From contig CAVZKL010000011.1 of the NCBI GenBank assembly GCA_963775895.1, positions 1-64,000 on the forward strand: a stretch of DNA of 64,000 bases. Direction: 5' to 3'. The stretch comes from Candidatus Bathyarchaeota archaeon. Lineage in GTDB: Archaea > Thermoproteota > Bathyarchaeia > Bathyarchaeales > Bathycorpusculaceae. Positions 18,940 through 29,160 of the stretch are shown here, piece after piece (positions within the stretch are counted from its first letter, which is position 1; each line of letters starts with the position of its first letter). The notes under the pieces were generated by a model. The model did no database searches. It was not told the origin of the DNA and was given only the letters and a program-made list of their open reading frames with translations. Position numbers and translations under genes: made by a program.

Positions 18940-21063
18940 TTGACAATCTCAGAGTTCAAATATGACTTAGGAAAGGTTGAAAGAGGATACAACAACAGAA
19001 CCCTCTACATCAACGTTTCAAACAACCAGATAATGAGCAGACCAGTCAGCCAAAAAATGAAAGACACATTCATAGGCGGACGTGGCTTCAACCTTTGGCT
19101 TCTCTGGAACGCGCTGCCCAAAGACCGAATCGCACGATGGGATGACCCTGAAAACGAGGTCTGCATCGCCTGCGGTCCATTAGGAGGAACACCTGTCTAC
19201 CCAGGAAGCGGAAAGAGTATAGCCGTGTCAATTTCTCCGTTGACCGACACCGTTGTCGACTCGAACGTCGGCGGATACTTCGGGCCCTATCTGAAATTTT
19301 CAGGCTGGGACGCGCTTGAAATCCAAGGAAAAGCAAAATCAGATGTTGTGATACTCATAGACGGTGACGAAGGCAAAGTTCGAATCGAAGACGGCTCAGA
19401 ACTGCCTTCAGAAACATACCTCATCACAGATTACCTGGCCAAAAAGTACGGCGGAGAAACCGGCCAGAGCATATCAGTGGTTTCTTCAGGCCCAGGAGCC
19501 GAACACACAAGATTCGGATGCCTCAACCTTTCCTGGTACGACCCTGGTCGCAAGATCCACAGGTTCAAGCAGGCAGGCAGAGGCGGAATCGGCACGGTGT
19601 TACGAAACAAGAGAATAAAGGCCATAGCCATCAAGTATTCAGGAAGAATAACCGTCGAAACAAACGGTCCCGCTGATCCAGAAACCGTCAAACAAGTTGG
19701 CCAAGCCCACAGTCAAGAACTCAGGAATCTCGATTCAAAACAGAATGAGATGTCCTCTGTCGGAACGACACATCTCGTGACGATCATGAACGACTTCGAC
19801 CTGCTGCCCGTGCACAATTTCAGGTACGGCAGCAACCCTGAAGCAGAAAAACTCGGGCGCGAAGTCTACAGGAAAAAATTCCACAAGGGCTTCGACGGCT
19901 GCTGGATGGGCTGCGCACTGTCGTGCGCACACGGCGTCAAGGACTTTGAACTAAAAACAGGACCACACAAAGGGCAAAAAGTCTTCGTCACCGGACCAGA
20001 ATACGAGACGATCGCTGGAGTGGGAAGCAGCTGCGGCATATTCGATGCTGACTACGTCATTGAGATGAACTTTTACTGCGACACCTACGGTCTAGACACG
20101 ATTTCCGTCGGTACGGCCTTGGCTTTTGCAATGGAATGTTATGAGATGGGTCTCATCGACAAGAAGGCGACCGGCGGGTTAGACCTGCGCTTCGGTAACA
20201 AGGATGCAGCCCTTGAACTGGTTCATCAAATGTCCAGGGGTGAAGGCTTCGGCGTCATCGTTGGCCAAGGTATCAGACGAATGAAGAAGGTTTTTGCCGA
20301 AGAATACGGCGCTGACTCAAGGGTGTTGCAGGACATAGGCATGGAATCAAAAGGCTTGGAGTTCTCAGAGTACGTTACAAAGGAGTCTCTAGCCCAGCAA
20401 GGCGGTTACGGACTTTCGTTGAAAGGTCCTCAGCACGATGAAGCCTGGCTCATATTCGTGGACATGGTAGACAACCTGATGCCCACGTTCGAACAGAAAG
20501 CCGAAAACTTGCACTGGTTCCCGATGTTCCGCACCTGGTTCAGTCTCAATGGATTGTGTAAGCTGCCGTGGAACGACGTTGTTCCAGAAAACAACAAACA
20601 AACAAAAGAACCAGCAAAGGTCATGGCGCACGTTGAAAACTACGCGAAGTTCTTCTCAGCAGTCACAGGCAAGAAGACAACGCCGGAAGACATCATTCCT
20701 ATGAGCGAAAAGGTGTACAACTTCCAAAGAATATTCAACCTGAGGATGGGTTTCGGCACGAGAAGATACGATGAATTGCCCTACCGTGCCGTTGGGCCCG
20801 TGACGAAGGACGAGTATGAAAGCAGAGCCGAACGCTACGATAAGCAGCTCAAAGAAAAACTCGGATACGACCCTTCGGGCAAATCGACAGAAGAAAAAAT
20901 GTTCGTCTTGAGGAAATACCGAGAAAGCGAGTACGAACGACTGAAAGACGCAGTCTATGAGAGACGAGGCTGGACCTCGAATGGAGTGCCAACCCTTCAA
21001 AAAGTGAAAGCCCTGGGAATAGACTTTCCCGACGTGATAGAATTACTGAAGAAGAACACTTGA
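18940..21063 (+). CDS. aor: Tungsten-containing aldehyde:ferredoxin oxidoreductase family protein
   Basis: FIGGRG, SNVGG.FG..LK..GWD, AGRGG.G, C.MGC...C, GPEYET, CD.YG.DTIS, RGWT.NGVPT; likely TTG start at 18940. Confidence 0.92.
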   Translation: MTISEFKYDLGKVERGYNNRTLYINVSNNQIMSRPVSQKMKDTFIGGRGFNLWLLWNALPKDRIARWDDPENEVCIACGPLGGTPVYPGSGKSIAVSISPLTDTVVDSNVGGYFGPYLKFSGWDALEIQGKAKSDVVILIDGDEGKVRIEDGSELPSETYLITDYLAKKYGGETGQSISVVSSGPGAEHTRFGCLNLSWYDPGRKIHRFKQAGRGGIGTVLRNKRIKAIAIKYSGRITVETNGPADPETVKQVGQAHSQELRNLDSKQNEMSSVGTTHLVTIMNDFDLLPVHNFRYGSNPEAEKLGREVYRKKFHKGFDGCWMGCALSCAHGVKDFELKTGPHKGQKVFVTGPEYETIAGVGSSCGIFDADYVIEMNFYCDTYGLDTISVGTALAFAMECYEMGLIDKKATGGLDLRFGNKDAALELVHQMSRGEGFGVIVGQGIRRMKKVFAEEYGADSRVLQDIGMESKGLEFSEYVTKESLAQQGGYGLSLKGPQHDEAWLIFVDMVDNLMPTFEQKAENLHWFPMFRTWFSLNGLCKLPWNDVVPENNKQTKEPAKVMAHVENYAKFFSAVTGKKTTPEDIIPMSEKVYNFQRIFNLRMGFGTRRYDELPYRAVGPVTKDEYESRAERYDKQLKEKLGYDPSGKSTEEKMFVLRKYRESEYERLKDAVYERRGWTSNGVPTLQKVKALGIDFPDVIELLKKNT

Positions 21064-21074
21064 AACACACGGGC

Positions 21075-21084
21075 TAGCGCGCGC
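21075..21084. repeat. TAGCGCGCGC junction box
   Basis: Between aor and polB. Confidence 0.75.
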
Positions 21085-21172
21085 ACGTCGCGTCTGTTTT
21101 CATTTTGCAGAGTCTGAAGCATTTATTAGCAGACGCAAATTCACTATTGTCTGTCTAGGATGCGGATACTTC

Positions 21173-23557
21173 ATGAAACTCGCTTTCTGGCTTCTGGACC
21201 TGAACTACGAATCCAACGACGAAGTTCCAGAAATCTGGATCTGGGGCGTAACCGAACAAGCAGAACGCGTGCTCATCATAGACCGTCACCCTCTTGCCTA
21301 TTTCTATGCAATCCTTGAAGACAACGGGGATCCTGCAAGAGTCATCGAAGAAATCAGCAATTGCCATCTGAAGTGTGTTTCGAAGCTTGAACTTGTCGAT
21401 CGCAAACTGTTTGGAAAACCCGTGAAAGCCGTGAAGGTTCATGTTAAGATGCCCGACGTCATGTCCGAGTACGCCAAGACACTTCGAAAGCTCGAAGGAG
21501 TAAAAGACTGTCTCGAAGAAGACATTCGATTCGCCATGCGCTACCTGGTAGACAACAACGTTATTCCGTCCGCGTGGCACGAAGTCGAAGTTACTGAAGA
21601 ATCGGACAAGAGAGGCGCACAGGTTGACAGAGTCTTTACCGCAGAGCGACCGCCCAGAGCCCTTGAAAAGGTCGAAGCCTCACCGTTGAGGATTCTGGGT
21701 TTTTCAACAATATACTACAGCCGTGAAGGTTCTCCCAAACCGGAAAGAAACCCCGTCGTCATCATTTCGACGGGAACCAATAGCGGCGAAGAGAAACAGT
21801 TCTTGGCGGGCGACGATCGAAACGACAAACCTGTTCTGGAAGCGTTCATAGAGTACGTTCGAAATTTCGACCCTGACATCATCGTGGGCTACGGCAACAA
21901 CGGACAAGATTGGCCCTACCTGCGCGAAAGATGCAAAAGACACGGAATACGACTTCACGTCGACAGAACAGAAACCGAGCCTCACACAAGCGTGTACGGA
22001 CACGTTTCACTTGCGGGCAGAGCAAACCTAGATTTATCAGACTACGGCGGAGAGTTTCCAGAGGTCAAGGTCAAGACCCTGGCCAACCTTGCAGAATACT
22101 TGGGTGTGATGAAACTCGAGAACCGCAAGATCATAGAGGACATCGATCTACCGGATCATTGGGACAACAAAGAAAAACGCGAGGCTCTAAAACAATTTTC
22201 AAAAGATAACACCCAGTGCGTAATGGGAGTGACAGAAGCAATCCTGGACTTCGCAATACAGCTCTCAAGCTTGGTAAGCCTACCGCTGGATCATGTTGGA
22301 ACCGCGGCCGCAGGTTTTCGTGTTGAATCTTTTCTAATAAAGAGAACACACCCGCTCGGTGAACTCGTGCCAAGAAGAATTGAACAGCCCTACAGGCCTT
22401 ACGCCGGCGGGCTCGTGCTGCAGCCAACACCAGGGCTTCATGAAAACATCGCGGTCTTGGACTTCAAGTCGATGTACCCCAACATCATGATAACCTACAA
22501 CCTTTCGCCAGACACCTACGTATCCCCGCAAGACCCAGTGCCTCCTGGAGGAGTGTACGAGGCTCCCGAAGTCAAACACAGGTTCAGGAAAGAACCTCCA
22601 GGCTTCTACAAAGAAGTCTTATCCTACTTGATCCAAGTGCGAGACCAGATTCGCCCGAAAATGAGCAAACTGAAACCAGGCACAGCTGAGTACCGAGTGT
22701 TGGACGCCCGTCAAAAAGCCGTCAAGATCATAACCAACGCTTCGTACGGGTATGCCGGTTGGATAGGAGCCAGGTGGTACGTCAAACCCGTTGCCGAGGC
22801 AGCCGCTGCTTGGGGAAGACACACAATTCTCACGGCAATAGACATGGCGAAAGAGGAGAAGTTGAAAGTGGTCTACGGCGACACGGACAGCATATTCATC
22901 GAAAATCAACCTCAGAAGATAAATCACCTTTCGAAAGAAATCAGGGAAAAGATGGGGCTAGAAGTTAAGCCAGACGAGATCTACACACGCATCTTCTTCA
23001 CTGAAGCCAAAAAACGTTACGCCGGCCTCATGTCCAACGGAGAACTGGACATCGTCGGCATGGAAGTCGTTCGCGGAGACTGGGCCACAATAGCCAAAAA
23101 AGTGCAAGAAAAGGTCTTGGAGATAATACTGAAGGAAAAGTCGCCGAAAAAAGCCGTGGATTTCGTCCACCAGTTCATCTACGAGGTCAGGCAGAAACAG
23201 GTTCCGTATCGAGACCTAATCATATGGAAAACTCTGACCAAACCCGCCGAGGAATATGAAGTCAAAGCCTCCCACGTTGAAGCTGCGAAGATGTTGCGGG
23301 CAAAGGGTTGGCAACTTGCTGTCGGCGACAAAATAGGCTTCGTCGTCGTTATCGGCGAAGGGCGCCTCTATGAAAGAGTCAAACCGTACATGCTTGCCTC
23401 GTACGATGAAGTGGACCTGGAGTACTACGTGGAAAAACAAGTTGTGCCAGCTGCAGCAAGGATCCTCGAAAGCTTCGGCGTGACAGAAGACCAATTGTTA
23501 CAGTCCAAGAACGGACAGAAAGAAACGAGGAAACTCACAGACTTCTTCGGCGCCTAA
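21173..23557 (+). CDS. polB: Family B DNA polymerase (PolB3-like)
   Basis: DFKSMYPNI, KIITNASYG, YGDTDS, KKRY, C-terminal PIP-like KLTDFF. Confidence 0.96.
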   Translation: MKLAFWLLDLNYESNDEVPEIWIWGVTEQAERVLIIDRHPLAYFYAILEDNGDPARVIEEISNCHLKCVSKLELVDRKLFGKPVKAVKVHVKMPDVMSEYAKTLRKLEGVKDCLEEDIRFAMRYLVDNNVIPSAWHEVEVTEESDKRGAQVDRVFTAERPPRALEKVEASPLRILGFSTIYYSREGSPKPERNPVVIISTGTNSGEEKQFLAGDDRNDKPVLEAFIEYVRNFDPDIIVGYGNNGQDWPYLRERCKRHGIRLHVDRTETEPHTSVYGHVSLAGRANLDLSDYGGEFPEVKVKTLANLAEYLGVMKLENRKIIEDIDLPDHWDNKEKREALKQFSKDNTQCVMGVTEAILDFAIQLSSLVSLPLDHVGTAAAGFRVESFLIKRTHPLGELVPRRIEQPYRPYAGGLVLQPTPGLHENIAVLDFKSMYPNIMITYNLSPDTYVSPQDPVPPGGVYEAPEVKHRFRKEPPGFYKEVLSYLIQVRDQIRPKMSKLKPGTAEYRVLDARQKAVKIITNASYGYAGWIGARWYVKPVAEAAAAWGRHTILTAIDMAKEEKLKVVYGDTDSIFIENQPQKINHLSKEIREKMGLEVKPDEIYTRIFFTEAKKRYAGLMSNGELDIVGMEVVRGDWATIAKKVQEKVLEIILKEKSPKKAVDFVHQFIYEVRQKQVPYRDLIIWKTLTKPAEEYEVKASHVEAAKMLRAKGWQLAVGDKIGFVVVIGEGRLYERVKPYMLASYDEVDLEYYVEKQVVPAAARILESFGVTEDQLLQSKNGQKETRKLTDFFGA

Positions 23558-24715
23558 CCTTCTGTGATTTCTTGAGAAAGTCGTCAGCTGAACAGTCAAC
23601 GAAGGTTTCACCGCGTCTGACAGTCGGGAGGCGATGATTCTCTTTATGCCTCTCTCGCTAGCTATGTCAACAATCCTCTGAGTTATGATTCCGTCGAATA
23701 TGACCGTGCTCACACCCTCGACTTTCTGAAGCTTCTCTGCGAGTTGACTTACCGGTAAACGTTCGATCTGTTCATCCTTCTCATTCAATAGAACGGATTC
23801 CAAGGTTCCGTCAAGCCCTTTGATCGTTTCAACGACTTCTTTAGGCATTTCCACTTTCTGCTTCTCTCTCTTCGGTGCTTTCGACGGTTCTCTGTACTGC
23901 TCTTGAATGGGAACCTTCGCTTCTAAAGCGTCAAAGATTTCTTTGCAGTTGCACTCTTCAATCTCTTTGCCTCTGGGGGCTCTGGAAATGAACTTAACGT
24001 CGGTGACCTGCTGCAGTTCTTTCAATATTAGGTCCCCGCCCCTGTCTCCGTCGAGTAGAGCGGTAGCTTCTTTTTCTTTGCAGAGTTTCTTTATTGAATC
24101 AGGAACTTTAGCGCCTTCAAGGGCCACAGTGTTCAGAAGTCCGCAGCGCATCAGGTTTATTATGTCTGCTCTTCCCTCTACAACGATGATCTCTTTCGAG
24201 CTTTCAAGTGCGGGTCCAGCGGGCAGTTCTTCAGGCCCATACTTCTCAACCTTGCCGATTTTCAACGTGTCCGAGACTTCTTTGAAGACTTCGTCAACGG
24301 ACGGCATCGTCTCGATGGTCCATTTGTGCAGAATTTCCTTCGCCCTGTCGATTATAATTTTTCGCCTGGCTTCCCGGACGTCTTCGATTTTTTCGAGCGT
24401 CACCTTTGAAGCGCAAGGACCGACTCTGTTTATGCTCTCTATGCTTGATGCAATAAGCGCCGTGGACACTCTGTCCAAACTCGTTGGAATCGTTATCGTG
24501 CCAGTCGTCTTGTCCTGTTTTGAGTGTAAATCGATTTCTATTCTCCCTATTCTTCCAGACTTCTGAAGCTCCCTGAGATCGAGCTCAGGTCCAAAAAGGC
24601 CTTCCGTCTGCCCGAAAACTGCCCCTATAACGTCTGGTTTTTCTACTACTCCTTCTATTTCAAACTTCGCGTTTATAACATACTTTATAGTAAACGTCTG
24701 AGATGAACCCGTAAT
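23554..24715 (-). CDS. dnaG: Archaeal DnaG (primase-like, exosome-associated)
   Basis: KYVINAKFEIEGVVEKPDVIGAVFGQTEG, LRELQKSGRIGRI, VVEGRAD, DGDRGG; probable ATT start; 1-nt insertion near 23572. Confidence 0.93.
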
Positions 24716-24892
24716 TATGCACCTCCTAGTGATGAGTTAAGGGTTAGATTTGATCACGTGAATTGAGAGTTTTCCTTCTCGTATCACGAGATTCCGTCTT
24801 AACATCTACTATATATTACGTTTATGAATTGCAAATCAAACTCTATAAGCTTTTCCCATTAAGCACGTTGTTTCACTATCCGTCTCGCACTT

Positions 24893-25309
24893 CTAAGCTT
24901 CGCCCAGCTTTTTCTTGAGCGTCTGCATGTACGTGGCCAAGCCTTCAACGTCCTTGACCTCTTTGCCAGTGAACCTAATCAATTCTCTCCAAAACGTCAA
25001 GTCAGGCTTTATCCTTGCAGTTTCCAATTGCTGCCTCACGGTTTCTGTCCACTCCTTACCTCTTCTGTCAAAATCAAAAAGCAAGATTACCTCTCTCGCA
25101 CCGCTTTCTTCAACATTGCAGATCAGGTCAAGCCGAGACTTTCCCCCGGTCTTCGCGCAAATGATTTCTCCTTCCACACCCAGTTGTCGCAGACTTTCTA
25201 CGTCCTTCTTGCCCTCAACGATTATGGGTGTCCCCTTGACCGACTCTTGCATCAAACATTCAAGTACGTGCTGAATTCGTTCCTCTCTTGCCTTCAGATG
25301 GGCAGACAA
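24893..25309 (-). CDS. Small TOPRIM domain protein
   Basis: IIVEGKKD, LFDFDRRG, KDVEGL. Confidence 0.88.
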   Translation of the reverse strand: MSAHLKAREERIQHVLECLMQESVKGTPIIVEGKKDVESLRQLGVEGEIICAKTGGKSRLDLICNVEESGAREVILLFDFDRRGKEWTETVRQQLETARIKPDLTFWRELIRFTGKEVKDVEGLATYMQTLKKKLGEA

Positions 25310-25314
25310 GGCTT

Positions 25315-26403
25315 CTACCTAGTTATCTTGGCATTTTTCACGGCGTTCAGGCATTCCTTGGCCTCTTTATTGCTCTCGAAGTATCTTCTCACCGGCGAAA
25401 GAATGCTCGTCAACTGTTCAGCCACCGCGTTTTTGAGGTCCTGAGGATGCAGGCCACCACATGAATAAGCGTTGGCTAAATCTCGGAAACTGTGAAATTC
25501 AACCCTGCCACCGTATTTCGAAGGTCGATCAATCGGGAAAATCTGCGTTTCCCTGAAGATCACGTACCTGCAGATTTCCAAGATAGGGTTAAAATCGACC
25601 GCTTTTTCAGGACAGAAGGCTTTGGCAATCTTCTGTTTGATCTCTGCGGGCGAGTCATAGATGAAAACGCACGTTTCAGGCTTACTCTTAGACATCTTCA
25701 CAGAGGAAATTGCTTCCTTCTCTTCACCTTCGGGAATAGGCCACACTGGAGGTTTTTCTAAACCCTGCAGCAAATGATGATGCACACACGCCGGCTTGAA
25801 GAAGCCCAGCTTTAGTCCTAGCTCACGGGCCACAACGTTCGCTTTCCGCTGGTCCATTCCCAGCTGACAGATCTTGGCACCAAGGTGGAAGATGTCTGCG
25901 ACTTGCATAGGCGTGTACAAGAAGTCTGAAACATATCGGGCCTCAGTCTCTTTCCGTCCAGCAACTTCGAGCGTGCGTCTCGTGCGGGCAATAGTAAGGT
26001 TCTTCGACACTAGCACGGTCTTAGCCCAGTAATCGAGGTCTCGGTAGAGCTCATCTGAATAGACGAACTCAACCTTCTCAGGCGGAACCCCCAGCGCTAT
26101 CCACGAGTGTCGGAACAGGTCAGCAGCCTTCCTGATTAATTTCAGGTCGCCGCCCATTTTGTTGTTTAACCACGCGTGCCACGTGGAGAGATAAGCTTTG
26201 AAGTGTATCCCCGCTTCTATCAAATCCTTCATCTTGTAAGCACAGATTGACCCAGTTCCAAGATGCACCAACCCAGACGGTTCCCAGCCGTTGTAGGCAA
26301 CGGGATGTTCCTCCGTTTCTAGAAGATGTCTCAAATCTTCGGGTGTTATAACCTCCTCCGTTGGAGGTCTGCAGATTAGATCAATCTTCGTCTCGATGTC
26401 CAA
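25315..26403 (-). CDS. tyrS: Tyrosyl-tRNA synthetase
   Basis: AYNGWEPSG.VHLG, Y.PMQVADIF, GMDQRK, KMSKS, LHPQDLK. Confidence 0.95.
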   Translation of the reverse strand: MDIETKIDLICRPPTEEVITPEDLRHLLETEEHPVAYNGWEPSGLVHLGTGSICAYKMKDLIEAGIHFKAYLSTWHAWLNNKMGGDLKLIRKAADLFRHSWIALGVPPEKVEFVYSDELYRDLDYWAKTVLVSKNLTIARTRRTLEVAGRKETEARYVSDFLYTPMQVADIFHLGAKICQLGMDQRKANVVARELGLKLGFFKPACVHHHLLQGLEKPPVWPIPEGEEKEAISSVKMSKSKPETCVFIYDSPAEIKQKIAKAFCPEKAVDFNPILEICRYVIFRETQIFPIDRPSKYGGRVEFHSFRDLANAYSCGGLHPQDLKNAVAEQLTSILSPVRRYFESNKEAKECLNAVKNAKITR

Positions 26404-26497
26404 GTTGAACCTTACCTGTTCAGTTTTATCCTAGCTTCTATACGAGAAGGAGACTTAAAAGTTGCTTAAACTTGACGTCACGTCGAGCGCACTGCAA

Positions 26498-27856
26498 TCA
26501 TCTCAACTTTCTGAACAACGCATCGGTAATGCGTCTGTAAGGCTTACCAACTACTTCAAAGACGTTGTTTCCGAGATATTTCCGCAGGTAGAATTGGCTC
26601 ATACCCTTGAACAAGGCAAACCTGAGCTTGGTTTCTGAAAAAGATGAATGAAACAGCAACTTGTGCTTGATCAGACTGAAGTTTTTCGGTTCTTTCCACT
26701 CCTCTGAGACCATTCTGTCCTTCACTCTGTCGAACAATGGGGTCCCAGGAATCGGGTACGGGAAAGTGAACGAAAGATAATCCAACGGAAGTGACGAGGC
26801 AAAATTAACGGTGTCCAAGATTGTTTCGTCGTTCTCGCCAGGATATCCAAGTATGAAGAAGGCACCGACTTGAATCCCAGTTTTCTTGAAGATGTCAACA
26901 GCTTCTCTGGCCTCTTTCACTGTGGTCTGTTTCTTCATGATTTCCAGGATCGTGTCGTTGCCAGATTCGATTCCAAAGAACACGCGCACGCATCCTGCCT
27001 GTTTCATTTTCTCAGCAACGTTCGAATCCACGGTGTCGACTCGTGACAAGCACTCCCATCCGATCTTGACGTTTCGTCGGATCAATTCCTCGCAGATGTC
27101 AACCAGTCTTTCGCGGCTGAGGGTGAAACAATCATCAGCAAACCAGACCCTTTCGTAGCCTAGCTCTCGAACCTCCACGACTTCCTGCGCAATGTTTTCA
27201 GGAGTTCTTGATCTGAAGGTGTTCCCAAATATCGGTCGACTGCAAAAATCGCATTGAAACGGACAACCCCTGGACGTGATAATTGCCGTTGTAGTGTAAC
27301 CGAAATTTCTCGAGTAATACTTCTCGTAAGCCTCATTGTCGAAGAGTTCTCTCGACGGAAAAGGGATCTGATCTAGATTCTTGACAAATTCGCGAGGAGG
27401 AGTCGTGACCACCTTTCCGTCTTCCTTGAAAACTATTCCTTTGACATCACTGAAACTGGAGTGATCTTCTACTGCTTGAACGAGTTCTAGCATGGTTTGT
27501 TCACCTTCGCCGATGGCCACGACATCAAAAAAGGGAATGAATTCTTCGGGGTTTGAAGTTGCAAGCGGTCCACCTATGACCAGAAGTTCGCAGTCTTTTC
27601 TGAGAAGTTGGGCAAGTTCGAGAACTTTTTCTTTCATAGAGAACATTGCCTGTATTCCTATTATCCTTGGGTTTGTCCTTCTGACTTTCTCCAGTGCCTC
27701 ATCTTGCTTCATGAACGTACAGTCGACCAGTTCGGCTGAAATTCCGTGGCTTTTCACATACGCTGCTATGTAGCCTAACCCTAACGGTGGAAACCTGAAA
27801 ATCGAGTTGTCGCTCGAAGGCTGAAAATACGGATAAATCAGCGTTACCGTTGCCAC
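26498..27856 (-). CDS. B12-binding radical SAM protein
   Basis: PPLGLGYIA, GEGE, SRGCPFQCDFC, GIESG, FILGYPGE; GTG start at 27856. Confidence 0.92.
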   Translation of the reverse strand: MATVTLIYPYFQPSSDNSIFRFPPLGLGYIAAYVKSHGISAELVDCTFMKQDEALEKVRRTNPRIIGIQAMFSMKEKVLELAQLLRKDCELLVIGGPLATSNPEEFIPFFDVVAIGEGEQTMLELVQAVEDHSSFSDVKGIVFKEDGKVVTTPPREFVKNLDQIPFPSRELFDNEAYEKYYSRNFGYTTTAIITSRGCPFQCDFCSRPIFGNTFRSRTPENIAQEVVEVRELGYERVWFADDCFTLSRERLVDICEELIRRNVKIGWECLSRVDTVDSNVAEKMKQAGCVRVFFGIESGNDTILEIMKKQTTVKEAREAVDIFKKTGIQVGAFFILGYPGENDETILDTVNFASSLPLDYLSFTFPYPIPGTPLFDRVKDRMVSEEWKEPKNFSLIKHKLLFHSSFSETKLRFALFKGMSQFYLRKYLGNNVFEVVGKPYRRITDALFRKLR

Positions 27857-27863
27857 GTCGTTA

Positions 27864-28730
27864 TCAGGCTCCCAGAATCTCAATTCCATAATCAAATCTT
27901 GTTTTGCTGGCGTTTACCTCATAGTCGAGTCCCGCCCAGTCCAACGAGCCCTTGATATATTCTCTTCCTCGCCGCAAAATACCGTCTTCTTTTTTCCAAA
28001 GTCGAAAGCCGAACCCGTTTTCAGAAGCGCTCAAAGAACCCCATTCACCGATAACTTTGTCCCATGCTCCTATCCTTTTGTCAGTTAGCTTGGTGCCTTG
28101 CGAGTCAAAGTACCGATGGAAAAACGTCGCCCCCTGCTCGTTCAGCATGAAGATCTTGCGAAGTTTTTCCTTTTCCACGTCGCGGAAGTCCGCTTTCACT
28201 TGGATTATTGGCTTGCGAATTTCATACGTCACCGACACTTTCCCCACAGGCCTTGCCATTGCGAAGCTCGTTCCTATCTGCATCTTTTTCGTTATTTCCT
28301 TCAAAGTCAAGAAGCGAAATCGCGGTCGTTCTTGATACAGACGCGAAAAGTGTCCAATCAGGGTGCGAGCTTTACGATTCTCCAGCTTGATATTTCTGAA
28401 CCTGTTTCTCGGAATTCTGTCCATCGTAAACTCTTTCACAATAAGCCAACAGTCATCTTGGCGTGAAACTCTGACTTTGGAAGTTCCAGAAAAATACGTC
28501 TCATCCGAGTAAACAAGGACTGGAAAACCGAAGCCCGTGCCCTCTCCCGCCATCTCTGCTCCACTGCATACTAGGACAAGCCCTTTCTGTAACTCAGAAA
28601 TCTTCCCGAAGTGCGGTTTTGTGTCCGAATAGACACGAACCGCCACAGAGTCTGAGAATGGAATCGTGTGAACGTCGGCGTCGCTTAAAGAATTGGGAGA
28701 ATTCGTTTGGGGGGGTGAGGATGAGACCAT
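27864..28730 (-). CDS. Hypothetical protein, apparently co-transcribed with the radical SAM gene
   Basis: 288-aa ORF ending 7 nt before the radical SAM start. Confidence 0.75.
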   Translation of the reverse strand: MVSSSPPQTNSPNSLSDADVHTIPFSDSVAVRVYSDTKPHFGKISELQKGLVLVCSGAEMAGEGTGFGFPVLVYSDETYFSGTSKVRVSRQDDCWLIVKEFTMDRIPRNRFRNIKLENRKARTLIGHFSRLYQERPRFRFLTLKEITKKMQIGTSFAMARPVGKVSVTYEIRKPIIQVKADFRDVEKEKLRKIFMLNEQGATFFHRYFDSQGTKLTDKRIGAWDKVIGEWGSLSASENGFGFRLWKKEDGILRRGREYIKGSLDWAGLDYEVNASKTRFDYGIEILGA

Positions 28731-28887
28731 TCAAAGCTCCTGCTTCTACGCTTCGTGTCGTGTTTAGATTCCATCTCAGAATTTATAAATCTAGATACCG
28801 CCTCCACACGCATTTTGCGTCAGTATGGCTCTTGACGAGAATCTTGCTCAAATGCTGATAACTGTCTGAAAACGCGGGTTTTATCGC

Positions 28888-29102
28888 GGGCGAGTGTTTC
28901 CCCACTAACCTAACACTTAACTTCATTGTGGGGCGAAACGCCCCTCTAAGTTAAGCTCTCTCCGTTGGGGAGCTAAGCCCGCGCCCACCGTGTCCCACGT
29001 TTGGGTAAACCCTCCCTCATAAGCGTGAGCAAGCGGTCAAGCTTGCTGCTTCGGTCGAGTCCGTCTGCGTGGATGTGTCGGCGGGATTAGGAAAGGCTCG
29101 TG
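28888..29102 (+). ncRNA. Putative structured non-coding RNA of unknown family
   Basis: Several hairpins and an apparent closing stem in a 430-nt gap with no convincing gene; see findings. Confidence 0.4.
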
Positions 29103-29160
29103 CTAGTCATCGCCAACGAGAAATGTGAAGTGAAGGAAGTTAAACGTTCCTGTCCTCTGA

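Noticed and set aside
28888-29102. SRP RNA, RNase P RNA or a known riboswitch
   Set aside because: No SRP helix-8 or Alu motifs, rnpB is already found at 7690-8004, and no cobalamin or fluoride riboswitch consensus is complete.
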